Below are positions 51,213 to 59,600 of a DNA stretch of 64,000 nucleotides, piece after piece; the first letter of the stretch is position 1, and the number at the start of each line of letters is the position of its first letter. The DNA comes from Octopus vulgaris (lineage: Eukaryota): positions 22,754,001 through 22,818,000 of the forward strand of contig OX597822.1 of the NCBI GenBank assembly GCA_951406725.2, read 5' to 3'. Made by a program: the position numbers and the translations under genes. The notes below the pieces were generated by a model that ran no database searches, was not told where the DNA came from, and was given only the letters and a program-made list of their open reading frames with translations.

Positions 51213-51966
51213 TAGAAAAAACGACCTTTTATCAATTCAAATTGCAAAAACATAATAAAAACATATATAATTGGTAGAATAACGAAACGTGTTTCGTGGC
51301 TATATTTAAGAAATGATTTTAGTAAAAAAATTAATAGTAGTAGTAAAATCACTTAGATATAAATATAGCCACTCATCAGGTTAAAAATTAACTAGAATAA
51401 TAAAATAATTAATTAATAAATATACTTTAATATGTGTGTGTGTGTGTGTGCATGTACAGGCATATTTAACATGTTTCTATGCACTTGGACATGCAAAGGC
51501 CTAGAAATATTACATTTCTAAATCTCTGAGTGATTTATACAGTAGCAGCACGATAAAGTGATATGTTGACATGTACCTAGCATGACTATGATCCTACAAT
51601 TCTGAGGTAGGCAGCTTTATGCTATGTGAAGTTAGAGTATAAAGGAAGAGGCTGAAATAAGTTTCTTGCTTTAGAGGTTGCTCATATTATAAGTGGAGGT
51701 AATTGGTATGGAGCTGGGGAGATAGAGAAATGAGTGAAAATAAAACATTTAGAAAATGTTGAAGTTTCACTGGGTCCCACTAGTTAAATATAAATACTGT
51801 CATTCTTCCAGTGATTAGAGTTCTTTAAAGCCCAGAAAACAATGAATCCATGTTACTTATCAGTTCTTTATTTGTGATATTTCAGATTCCTAGCTTCAGC
51901 GTTCCTCCTGTGTCTACAGAAAACACCCTAGAAGAGCCACCTCAAAAGAAACGTAAAACCTTGTAA
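15128..51966 (+). CDS. DIS3: DIS3 / Rrp44 exosome endo- and 3'-5' exoribonuclease, 23 coding exons, 949 aa
   Basis: Exons joined by hand through GT-AG sites give one open 2850-nt frame. N-terminus [32 protein letters not shown]; CR3 CGSEICDKC; [26 protein letters not shown]; [42 protein letters not shown]; S1 PKYGLEG; C-terminal PPQKKRK. Confidence 0.97.
16179..16241 (+). CDS. DIS3: DIS3 exon 2 (63 nt)
   Basis: ttttccag|[21 protein letters not shown]|gtaatt. Confidence 0.95.
16682..16925 (+). mobile_element. Possible hAT-type non-autonomous element end
   Basis: Begins CAGGGGTTCTCAA, a typical hAT/Charlie terminus; other end not found. Confidence 0.4.
17491..17585 (+). CDS. DIS3: DIS3 exon 3 (95 nt)
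   Basis: cttcacag|[31 protein letters not shown](Q)|gtaagt. Confidence 0.95.
18737..18956. mobile_element. piggyBac-type MITE (CCCTTTAGCATT family); related copies near 19860-20030, 30620-30840, 47330-48930, 55200-55322
   Basis: TTAA|CCCTTTA ... TAAAGGG|TTAA; internal sequence shared among the copies. Confidence 0.75.
20200..20420. mobile_element. piggyBac-type MITE, TTAA-flanked
   Basis: TTAA|CCCTTTCATTAC ... GTAACGAAAGGG|TTAA. Confidence 0.8.
20457..20653 (+). CDS. DIS3: DIS3 exon 4 (197 nt, PIN)
   Basis: tttttag|[21 protein letters not shown]...LLSDD...GFS|gtaagt. Confidence 0.95.
21073..21149 (+). CDS. DIS3: DIS3 exon 5 (77 nt)
   Basis: cttttcag|(M)[25 protein letters not shown]|gtaaat; phase matches neighbouring exons. 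Confidence 0.9.
21279..21353. repeat. 36-bp perfect tandem duplication inside a SINE
   Basis: TAGATTCAGTCCCACTTGAGCAAGTGTCTTCTACTA repeated twice. Confidence 0.9.
22090..22239 (+). CDS. DIS3: DIS3 exon 6 (150 nt)
   Basis: tttttag|[40 protein letters not shown]...ADEM|gtgagt. Confidence 0.93.
23138..23284 (+). CDS. DIS3: DIS3 exon 7 (147 nt)
   Basis: tggttag|[28 protein letters not shown]...EEVE|gtattt. Confidence 0.92.
23815..24035. repeat. Unclassified dispersed repeat; inverted copy at about 53412-53630, partial copy at about 52870-52985
   Basis: GATACCATGAAAGAAACTC...GGTGCAAAATGCACTCTTGTTTATATC...CTCCAGCACTGAGACCACCAGATCAC matches the reverse complement of 53412-53630. Confidence 0.75.
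24247..24308. repeat. (CT)n microsatellite
   Basis: Seen directly. Confidence 0.95.
24373..25075 (+). mobile_element. CR1-clade LINE ORF2 3' fragment (RT C-terminal part)
   Basis: [59 protein letters not shown] in ORF 24373-25131. Confidence 0.9.
25127..25255 (+). CDS. DIS3: DIS3 exon 8 (129 nt)
   Basis: ccatcag|[43 protein letters not shown]|gtaaag. Confidence 0.92.
26402..26628 (+). mobile_element. Full-length SINE nested in another SINE, with 11-bp TSD
   Basis: TSD AGAAACTGAAA at 26391-26401 and 26629-26639. Confidence 0.85.
27061..27198 (+). CDS. DIS3: DIS3 exon 9 (138 nt)
   Basis: tatgaag|[20 protein letters not shown]...[12 protein letters not shown]|gtaagc. Confidence 0.92.
28376..28522 (+). 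CDS. DIS3: DIS3 exon 10 (147 nt)
   Basis: tttaaag|[28 protein letters not shown]...PWIITDE|gtaaaa. Confidence 0.95.
28663..28779 (+). CDS. DIS3: DIS3 exon 11 (117 nt, RNB catalytic aspartates)
   Basis: tttacag|[39 protein letters not shown]|gtaatg. Confidence 0.96.
30481..30582 (+). CDS. DIS3: DIS3 exon 12 (102 nt)
   Basis: gtttcag|[34 protein letters not shown]|gtaact. Confidence 0.96.
30907..30971 (+). CDS. DIS3: DIS3 exon 13 (65 nt)
   Basis: atctag|[21 protein letters not shown](R)|gtatgt. Confidence 0.95.
32861..32945 (+). CDS. DIS3: DIS3 exon 14 (85 nt)
   Basis: tctacag|[28 protein letters not shown]|gtaaga. Confidence 0.95.
34475..34599 (+). CDS. DIS3: DIS3 exon 15 (125 nt)
   Basis: cttacag|[13 protein letters not shown]...[15 protein letters not shown](G)|gtctgt. 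Confidence 0.93.
34997..35145. repeat. Long inverted repeat, 63-bp arms, 23-nt spacer
   Basis: 34997-35059 versus the reverse complement of 35083-35145, about 57/63 identical. Confidence 0.92.
35442..35477 (+). ncRNA. Minimal hammerhead-like motif with variant core, inside a repeat
   Basis: CUUU-CUGUAGA-A-GAGC(GUAG)GCUC-GAAAC-GUA-AAAG; related copy on the minus strand at 56264-56299. Confidence 0.4.
36123..36209 (+). CDS. DIS3: DIS3 exon 16 (87 nt)
   Basis: ttttcag|[28 protein letters not shown](R)|gtgagg. Confidence 0.95.
36410..36585 (-). mobile_element. RTE LINE fragment
   Basis: [21 protein letters not shown]...[18 protein letters not shown]. Confidence 0.8.
36755..37000 (+). mobile_element. 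RTE LINE fragment
   Basis: [22 protein letters not shown]...[22 protein letters not shown]. Confidence 0.8.
37020..40063 (-). mobile_element. Internally deleted Helitron with both termini and a decayed PIF1-family helicase
   Basis: [75 protein letters not shown] at about 37200-38790; 3' end GAGCAACGCCGGGTATCTCTCCTAG|T ending at 37020; 5' end A|TCTTATGATAAAAG at 40063. Confidence 0.9.
40308..40464 (+). CDS. DIS3: DIS3 exon 17 (157 nt)
   Basis: ttcgcag|[22 protein letters not shown]...LRRHPAPP...ASR|gtaagt. Confidence 0.96.
41687..41907 (+). CDS. DIS3: DIS3 exon 18 (221 nt)
   Basis: tttatag|[17 protein letters not shown]...[13 protein letters not shown]...[17 protein letters not shown](R)|gtagat. 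Confidence 0.96.
42485..42905 (+). mobile_element. Second SINE family (GGCATGGCTGTGTGGTAAGAAG...), representative copy
   Basis: tRNA-like head GTGTGGTAAG...TTCAGTCCC, CCTTGGGCAAGTG core, internal microsatellite, TGACTGAAACAAGTAAAAG-like tail; many copies, e.g. 26250, 30130-30420, 43105, 46100. Confidence 0.75.
43708..43798 (+). CDS. DIS3: DIS3 exon 19 (91 nt)
   Basis: gttacag|[30 protein letters not shown]|gtttgt. Confidence 0.95.
44340..44790 (-). mobile_element. RTE-like non-LTR retrotransposon 3' fragment
   Basis: [20 protein letters not shown]...[18 protein letters not shown]...RRVQFAGHC. Confidence 0.8.
44936..45013 (+). CDS. DIS3: DIS3 exon 20 (78 nt)
   Basis: tcttcag|[26 protein letters not shown]|gtatgt. 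Confidence 0.94.
45797..45946 (+). CDS. DIS3: DIS3 exon 21 (150 nt, S1)
   Basis: tttatag|[36 protein letters not shown]...FDDE|gtaagc. Confidence 0.95.
46675..46903 (+). mobile_element. Full-length SINE with 17-bp TSD, inserted into an antisense copy of the same family
   Basis: TSD GGTACTTATTTTATTGA at 46658-46674 and 46904-46920. Confidence 0.88.
47486..48867. mobile_element. Non-autonomous Tc1/mariner/pogo-like DNA transposon (about 1.4 kb)
   Basis: TA|CTGTAAAAATCCATGTAATTTGTGCAC ... GTGCGTAAATTACAGGGTTTTTACAG|TA: imperfect TIRs, TA TSD; interrupts a piggyBac-type MITE. Confidence 0.7.
49348..49470 (+). CDS. DIS3: DIS3 exon 22 (123 nt)
   Basis: ttttcag|[41 protein letters not shown]|gtaagt. 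Confidence 0.94.
49975..50515 (-). mobile_element. RTE LINE reverse transcriptase fragment
   Basis: [57 protein letters not shown]. Confidence 0.88.
51278..51383 (-). ncRNA. Type I hammerhead ribozyme-like motif (possibly inactive)
   Basis: Minus strand UAAC-CUGAUGA-[13-bp stem II]-GAAAC-AC-GU-UUC-GUUA. Confidence 0.55.
51886..51966 (+). CDS. DIS3: DIS3 exon 23 (terminal coding exon, 81 nt including TAA)
   Basis: atttcag|[26 protein letters not shown]; basic NLS-like end typical of DIS3. Confidence 0.92.
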   Translation: MPSFSVPPVSTENTLEEPPQKKRKTL

Positions 51967-53000
51967 ACAACACACATTGAACTAATCACAGATTTTAAAA
52001 CATTTCATATCTTAGTTGTGTCGTTTGTTAAAATTCTTACTCCTGAAACAGACATATAGGGTGCAGATGAAAAACCTTCCATATTTTACACAGCCATTGG
52101 TGTGGCCCTAGTGGAATTGGGCATGTGGTAATGGCATCTTCATGTAGCTCATGTTTTTCCCTTCTTTTTAAATTTTATTTTATTTTGTCAATTACTACAC
52201 TGTGCATTGATTGTTGAAATGTTTATCGAGGATGGTGAATCAGAGGATTTTTGCATGCACCCTATACCTACTTCATCATCATCACTATCATCATTATTAT
52301 CATCCTTCTGACATCCATTTTTATTTTGTTTGTCATGGGTTGGACAGTGTATCACTACTTGTTGTAGTTCTTTGTTATTGAATTCATTGAAATTCAGTAT
52401 CCCAAGTTCAGCTTTCACCACTTCTGCCCACATCTTTCCTGGTCTTCTTCACTTGAGTCAACCTTCAAATGCATCATGTCTTTATCAGCACAATCTCCTC
52501 TTTTGCACAATACATTTGTAAGTGGATGTCAGCAGCAAAAAAAAAAGAGGTACTAGCAAAGAACGTAGATTTCCGGAGGTTTTGTGCTTGGAGGGACTGA
52601 ATATTGTTTGTGGTTAGAGCAGAGTTTGGGTGTGAAACAGTAGGAGTGATGGGATGACAAGAGACAGGTATGTTGAGTAGATATGGGTGGAGTTGGTATG
52701 TGACTTGCTGATTGAGAAGAGCATTGGCTATGGCAGTTGTGGTGTAATAGGCGAAAAGAGGTCACCATGTGTCTGTAAGCCAGAGATTGTTATGTCTTGG
52801 TGAGTCTCCATCACTGATCTGATATGCAGAGTTCTAGTTAGCACAACAATCTTTCTGGCTTCTGCACATTCTCTGCATTTTGCACCAAAAGCCAATATGA
52901 GAGTTTCTTTCATGGTATCCACCACTGTAAAGTTTGTTCTAATAGAACATCCACGTTTAAGTGGGGATAAATATTACCTCTTGTAATTGATGCTATCTTT

Positions 53001-53350
53001 CATCATCATCATCATCATCATCATTGTTTAACGTCCGCTTTCCATCCTAGCATGGGTTGGACGTATGACTGAGGGCTGACGAACCAGATGGCTGCACCAG
53101 GCTTCAATCTTGATCTGGCAGAGTTTCTACAGCTGGATGCCCTTCCTAATGCCAACCATTCCGAGAGTGTAGTGGGTGCTTTTATGTGCCACCGGCACAG
53201 GGCCAGTCAGGCGGCACTGGCAACAACCTCACTCAAATCTTTTACACATGCCAACGGCACAGGTGCCAGTAAGGTGATGCTGGTAACAATCACGCTAAAT
53301 GGTGTTTTTTACATGCTACCGGCACGGAGGCCAGATAGCCACTCTGGCTT
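53001..53350 (-). mobile_element. Third SINE/RTE-tail family ending in (GAT)n, representative copy
   Basis: CATCATC..TTTAACGTCC..TTTCCATGCTAGCATGGGTTGGACG motif recurring at about 18153, 33970, 54138, 55325, 58265. Confidence 0.7.
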
Positions 53351-53789
53351 TGTTGCTAATATATATTTTTTAACAAGCTCACTGGCTAATCGAGACATCA
53401 GCACCTGTTCTTTCACTGTTTTTCTGTATATTGATGGTGGAGAGATGAGTCACTGCCATCTCTAGCAGCTGAGCATCCATTATTGACAAGACCAAGGAAG
53501 GTCAAAACGTGATCTGGTGGTCTCAGTGCTGGAGATTGCAGGGATTTATCTCCCTATTAGCGATATAAACAAGAGTGCATTTTGTACCAAAAGCCAGTAT
53601 GAGAGTTTCTTTCATGGTATCCACCACTGTAAAGTTAGTTCTAACAGAATGTTTCAGTGGGGATAAATATTACCTCTCAATATGAATACTTCCTCTGTCG
53701 CTAATATATATTGCACATTATATAAAAGTATTATATAATCTACTGTTCTTTCAGAGAGAATCCTTTTGGATCAAGGAGAAGTAAAAGCT

Positions 53790-54760
53790 ACTATTCTTTT
53801 GAAATAGCCCCCTACCTCCACTGTTAATTAGGCCACCTAGGTAACAGAAGCTACCAACTACATTTATGGTGCCTTCCAAGCATTTGAAAGAATTTATTTT
53901 ACCAGTGTTCTTACTGCTAATGACATCTGTACAACATGTTCCATTCACAAATTTTGCCTTCTCTGTCAGCCTACTTGGGATTCCTACTTACTCCTTTTCT
54001 GCACATCATGTGTAGCTAGCAATAGAGTCCCTTATTTTCTGTTAACTAAAACTTTGCTAAATTTACTTTGAAGTCTTGATTCTAAGCTAGGCTTTGCTCC
54101 AGCACTTGGTCTTTCTTCTAGATTTTCACTACATTCATCATCATCATCATCATTGCTTAACATCCGCTTTCCATGCAAGCATGGGTTGGACAATTTTGAC
54201 TGAGGGCTGGCAAACCAGATGGCTGCACCAGGTTCCAATCTGATCTGGCCTGGTTTCTACGACTGGATGCCCTTCCTAACACAAACCACTCAGAGAGTGT
54301 AGTGGGTGCTTTTTACGTGCCACCGGTACGGGGGCCAGTCAGGCAGTACTGGCAATGACCTCGCTTGAATCTTTTTACACATGCCACCAGCACAGGTGCC
54401 AGTAACGTGACGCTGGTAACAATCACGCTCAAATAGTGCCCTTTTACGTGCCACCGGCACATTAGCTATAAGTACTAGATCATCAGCATACATGAGTTTC
54501 CTTGGACAGCCAATCTTAAATTCCTTTCTTACGACCCTGAAAAGCTAAACAGAAAAAGGTGAAGAACCCTGCTGTAAGGGACACACTAAATTCCTTGTAT
54601 GGAACTCATTACCAAATCTCACCTTCCTGGCAACACCTCTCTACATGCCTAACACAATTCTCATAACCCATTCATCTTACACTTAGTTCTCTAAGTGACA
54701 TCCAAGCTAAAGAACATGGCTCCTTATCAAGGGTTTACTCCAGATTGGCAAATGATAGAT
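53790..54760 (-). mobile_element. Degenerate RTE LINE RT fragment interrupted by a SINE (about 54138-54465)
   Basis: MYADDLVLIA; VVGSFCYLGGLINSGG. Confidence 0.7.
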
Positions 54761-56959
54761 ATAGTGACTTGCTCATAGCTAAATACTCACTAGGAAAATA
54801 GCATCAATAGCACCCTGTGCTGGGACAAACCCAACCTTCATTTCATCTGAACTCATTTCCTCTTTTTCACATACATATCACCAACAACATACATCTTATT
54901 GACATTTAAACATTATATATGGCTGTAAATAACATCAGAACTTTAAAAATTATGTACCATACTTAATGTTGTGTTTTTTTATGTATATATATATATATAT
55001 GATGTTTGTGATACCTCTGTTTTCTTGATAGATAACAGAGAAGTATTTGCATGTTCATGGAAATATAAGAATCTTTAAAATCACTTGGTTCAATTGAAAA
55101 TGTTTATAAGAAGAGAAAATGAAAGCTATTAAATAGACAATGTTTAATTTAAGTGATTGTTGTTTTTTCAATTACTTCTTACCTTCCATTCTTTAAATTT
55201 ACTTAAACTGGCCTACAATGTCATGCATTATATGATAGCTTTGAGAATTTGATGATTAATTCAAAACAATGTGAATAAATAAACATTATATTTGACAAAA
55301 TAATCTGAATGCTAAATGGTTAAGCATCATCATCATCATCGCTTAACATCTGTTTTCCATGCTTGCATGGGTTAGGCAGTTCAATCGAGGTCTGGGAAGC
55401 CAGGAGGCTGCACCAGGCTCCAGTCTGGTCTGGCAGCGTTTCTACAGCTGGATGCCTTTCCTAACGCCAACCACTCCATGAGTGTAGTGGGAGCTTTTTA
55501 CGTGCCACCAGCACAGGTGCCAGGCGGGGCTGGCAACAGCCACAATTGGCTGGTGCTGTTTACGTGCCACCGGCACAGAAGCCAGTCAAGGTGGCGCTGG
55601 CAGTAATAAATCAGGGGTCACCAACAGAGGACTGCAGCCCACAATAGATGAGGTATTCTCTGTGGATTGCAGACTTTTCCCTAAATCTTTAAAATTTAAT
55701 GTATTTGTGAACCATTGAGTGATTGCTGGGTTTTTAGTTTTTTGCATCACAATTTGAAATTTTATGGAAAGCTTTAATTTACATCACCTTAAAACAGGAA
55801 GTTTATATCATAGAACCGGGGCCAGTCTCAATTGGGTTGACATCAAAAGAGTTAAGATATATAATACCACTAAGCCATTGGCAAACATAAAGTCAAACAT
55901 GGACCATTACAAAATGAAGTTGCTGATCATTTATCCACACATTCAATAGTTTGCATATGTGTATGTGTGTGTATATACGTATATATAATAAGTAAAAAGG
56001 ATTAATTAATCCAGATAGATATCTATAAAGCACTCAGTGTTAAATGAGTTCGGCTAACCATATCAATCAGACACAATAAGTGCAAGTAGAGTAAACATCC
56101 CAAAGTAATTCTTCGTGTGTGACAAGTAAATCCAAGTATCACTGAGAAGAATTTCAAGAAATTCAGTGTATAAGACAACATGAACAAGAATGAAGAAAAT
56201 CACATCTTTAATTGGTGATTACACCATACAGTATAGTTTCACGCTTGGTAAAAATGAAAAAGTCTTTGACATTTCGAACCTACAATCTTCCACAGAAAGG
56301 GACAAGAGGAAAAAAATGGAGAGAGAAAGAAAATGTGTCGGGATTAACCGTTCCACATGTTAAAGATGGAGAAAGAGAGAGAATCATAAACATTCACATC
56401 ACCATATGTACCATCACTTGGCCCCAGAAAAGTGGAAGGGAAAAAACTTCAGCCTCATCCAAGATAGTAATCAATTTCATTAAAAGATAAATTTTAGGAT
56501 TTATTTATTCAGAACAGGTGTGTATGCTCAGTTTTGTATCGATCTAGTAGGCAGGGTATGTTTAATGTGTATAGATCTACATACAATATATCTGCATGTA
56601 CACAGACATGCATGCATACAAGTATTAACTCCCTGAGTCACCTAAAAGATCTATATAATCCAAATACAGGTGTAATTCAAATTGTGGAAAATAATAATAA
56701 TAATACACCAACACCTTTAGTACTTACATTCAACATAATGATTGTCAGTCTGGCAGTAACATAACTAATTAACATAATTTAAAAGTTTATAATATTGTAC
56801 ATGCTGTTAGCAAAATAATGAATAAACTCAACACTAATAACCTTTATCCTCATAACAGTAGTAATAACCCATAATATACGCTGTTTAATCCTTTACAATC
56901 AACCATTATAAGATGTTATACTTGTAAATCTAATTTTAATAATTCTAAAATAGCTTCCC

Positions 56960-57700
56960 AAATAAATGATAACAAATAGAGGCAAAGGTCAATCGTTTAG
57001 TATGAAAATAAACCATATAACTTTGGATGCATATGAACACGAATATGTTTTACAAAACAACCTCTCAAACTGTAACTGTAGAATGACATCTGCTTGCCCT
57101 CTTAAAGGTAACACCTTGGTACGCAATGTTATATACAGCTGTAATGTCATAGTTGCAAATGGTACTCATTTACATCTACTTTTAAATGTAGTTATGATCT
57201 GCACACACACAGCTTTAGGAAAAAGTAATTATGTAATTCAACTAGACTACCTAAATACATCTTTAAGCTTAACTCTTTGAATACAATGTCAAGCTGTGCA
57301 TCAAGGAGCTTAATTCATGTTCTCAAATGCAGCAGGTGTAGTGGAGATTACATAGGTCAAACAGGCTTGACTTTGAGGAACAGAATGACAGTACATAGGC
57401 AACAGATTCAGGATCCCACAACCAGGAAAACTCCCATAAATAAACACCCAGATCTGTGCCCTGCAAGCAAATATCCACAGTACCAAGTTTCCCTTTCTAT
57501 AAATGCACTGGAAACAATTCACTTTTTCAAACACCAGTGACTGACAATTACATTTTTCCTGGGTAATATCTCAGGAAAAAGCAAATAAACATTGGGCTGA
57601 CCGAGACCAGTGGATTCTTAAGGGAATCAATGAACCGGAACACGAGACAGCAATCAGAGAAAAACAGATTGCCAGGACCTTTGAGCACTGGACCCTTTCA
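56960..57700 (+). mobile_element. Penelope-like element GIY-YIG endonuclease fragments (two juxtaposed pieces)
   Basis: CNCR...CPLKG..LVRNVIYSC (56966-57280) and C.SRSLIHVLKCSRC..DYIGQTG.TLRNRMTVHRQQI (57277-57540). Confidence 0.75.
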
Positions 57701-58220
57701 TTGGTTGATAAAATAAATACCAGTTGAAAGGGATGAAAGGCAAGTTGACCTCAGAACGTAAAGACATGAAATGCTGCTAAGCATTTTGCCCAGCGTGCTA
57801 ACGATTCTGCCAGTTTGTCACCCTTATTATTTATATATTTCAGTCATTGTTATGAAACAGGTGTAACTCAGAATTAAAAATATATACCAAATTTTCAGTC
57901 TGTTTTAGGAAAGACGTATCCAGAATCATTTAAAGCAAATATCTAGGTGTTGACTGAGTGTATTGATGCTGCTGACATGCACAAATACACTTTTCAATGG
58001 ATGGTATAGAAATTTATTGGAAGGCATAATTTAGCGAGCAAAGTTGTGAAACTGCATCAGCAGATAGCAAAGCCACTCAGCATTTTTCTGAAGAATTTCG
58101 TAGAGTGATGAATGAGGGGGGATATCTATTCTGTGGGTATTTTCAAAATAAATGTGATCTGAATCCAAGATTTTTTTTTAGTTTTTCCTTTAATTTTATC
58201 ATTTATTTCATTGTATTGTT

Positions 58221-58505
58221 TTGCAATCACTGCTGATAAGTTTGAAGCCTTTGTAGCTGATTGATCATCATCATAATCATCGTTTAGCGTCTGCTTCCCA
58301 TGCTAGCATGGGTTGGACGATTTGACTGAGGTCTGGCGAACCAGATGGCTGGATCAGATTGGAGACTGGTGCAGCCATCTGGTTCGCCAGACCTCAGTCA
58401 AATCATCCAACCCATGCTAGCATGGAAAGTAGACATTAAATGATGATGATGATGATGATGATCAATCAGCTACAAGGGCTTCAAACTTTTCATCAGTGAT
58501 TGCAA
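58221..58505. repeat. Fold-back palindrome, about 131-bp arms, 20-nt spacer
   Basis: 58221-58351 versus the reverse complement of 58372-58505. Confidence 0.93.
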
Positions 58506-58829
58506 TATCCTGAACCAACAGAATGAGTATATTTTACATAATACTAAAACAGTAAACATTTTTGTACTGGGGTGTGTAAACAATCCATGTGACTATCCAT
58601 GTTCAGAAAGGTCAGGTGACTAACAAAGAGTTAAATGACTATGTATAGAAGAATCTACATTTACACACAGTTCTCATTTTGAGTCTGCCTATAAACTAAC
58701 TCTGATAACCAACATTGGGTTAATTTTCTTCTGATGATCTGGTATTCCCAGGCAATTATGCAATTGATTACCGGATGGCATATTAGTATATGCTAGTGAA
58801 ACGTGTAAAGATTATGTAATTAATACAAA

Positions 58830-59600
58830 AAAAGTTTTAACCGAATCTCCTGTTTATTTTCTGCCCTCGTATACAAACACATGCGCATAAATGGATCTTT
58901 ACTGGTTTCAACAATGTTGACCATTTGAACTTACTGTTCATTGACTTAGTAAGTGGGTGAGTATACCAAAGATGTGTACCCTTAACGTAATCCTCAAGTA
59001 AAATCGGTATTACACAGTGAGTCAAATTTAGTCAGACATGTCCTTCCAGATTTCCAATTAAAATTACTCCTGTAATGAAGAGAAATATCATTAGCGTTAG
59101 ATCCCTTACAGTCACTCCAAATGTGGGCTTCTCTGTTACTGAAGATCTCTCCTGGTAAAAGCACATCCTTAGCATATATAGGAGTGCATTCTGAACACTG
59201 GCCTTCCTCTCTAGGGCCAGAAAATATTTCAGCTCCTAACACTCAGCAAAGCTCACGTGAGGGCCCACAACTCCCCATCTATAATGGCACTGCTGCAATG
59301 CATACAGACATCCTTGCCCACATCCAGAAGGGTAATTTGTCTCATTGGTGCTCAGTCACTAACTTCAGCATCTGGCCTGCCAATACAGTCTCCTCTCTCG
59401 TTACTATAAAGGTTTGTTTCTTGGATCTGGCTGGTTTTGCATCCCAACCACTCAGGTACCCTCAATGCACAAATCATCTCATGTCATTCTTACTACGTCT
59501 GACCATCCTCTACCCTAAACTAGCTCTTATATAGTCCTTTCTGGATATAAGGATTAGTTCTGAATACTCTTCTCTTCTCCATCCATGTCTTTCCTGCAGG
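58830..59600 (-). mobile_element. Highly degenerate RTE-type AP-endonuclease fragment
   Basis: Minus-strand pieces resemble the RTE APE domain (ELV..M.RR...CAL, then EK..FW..L, then F..G.FN); many frameshifts. Confidence 0.45.
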
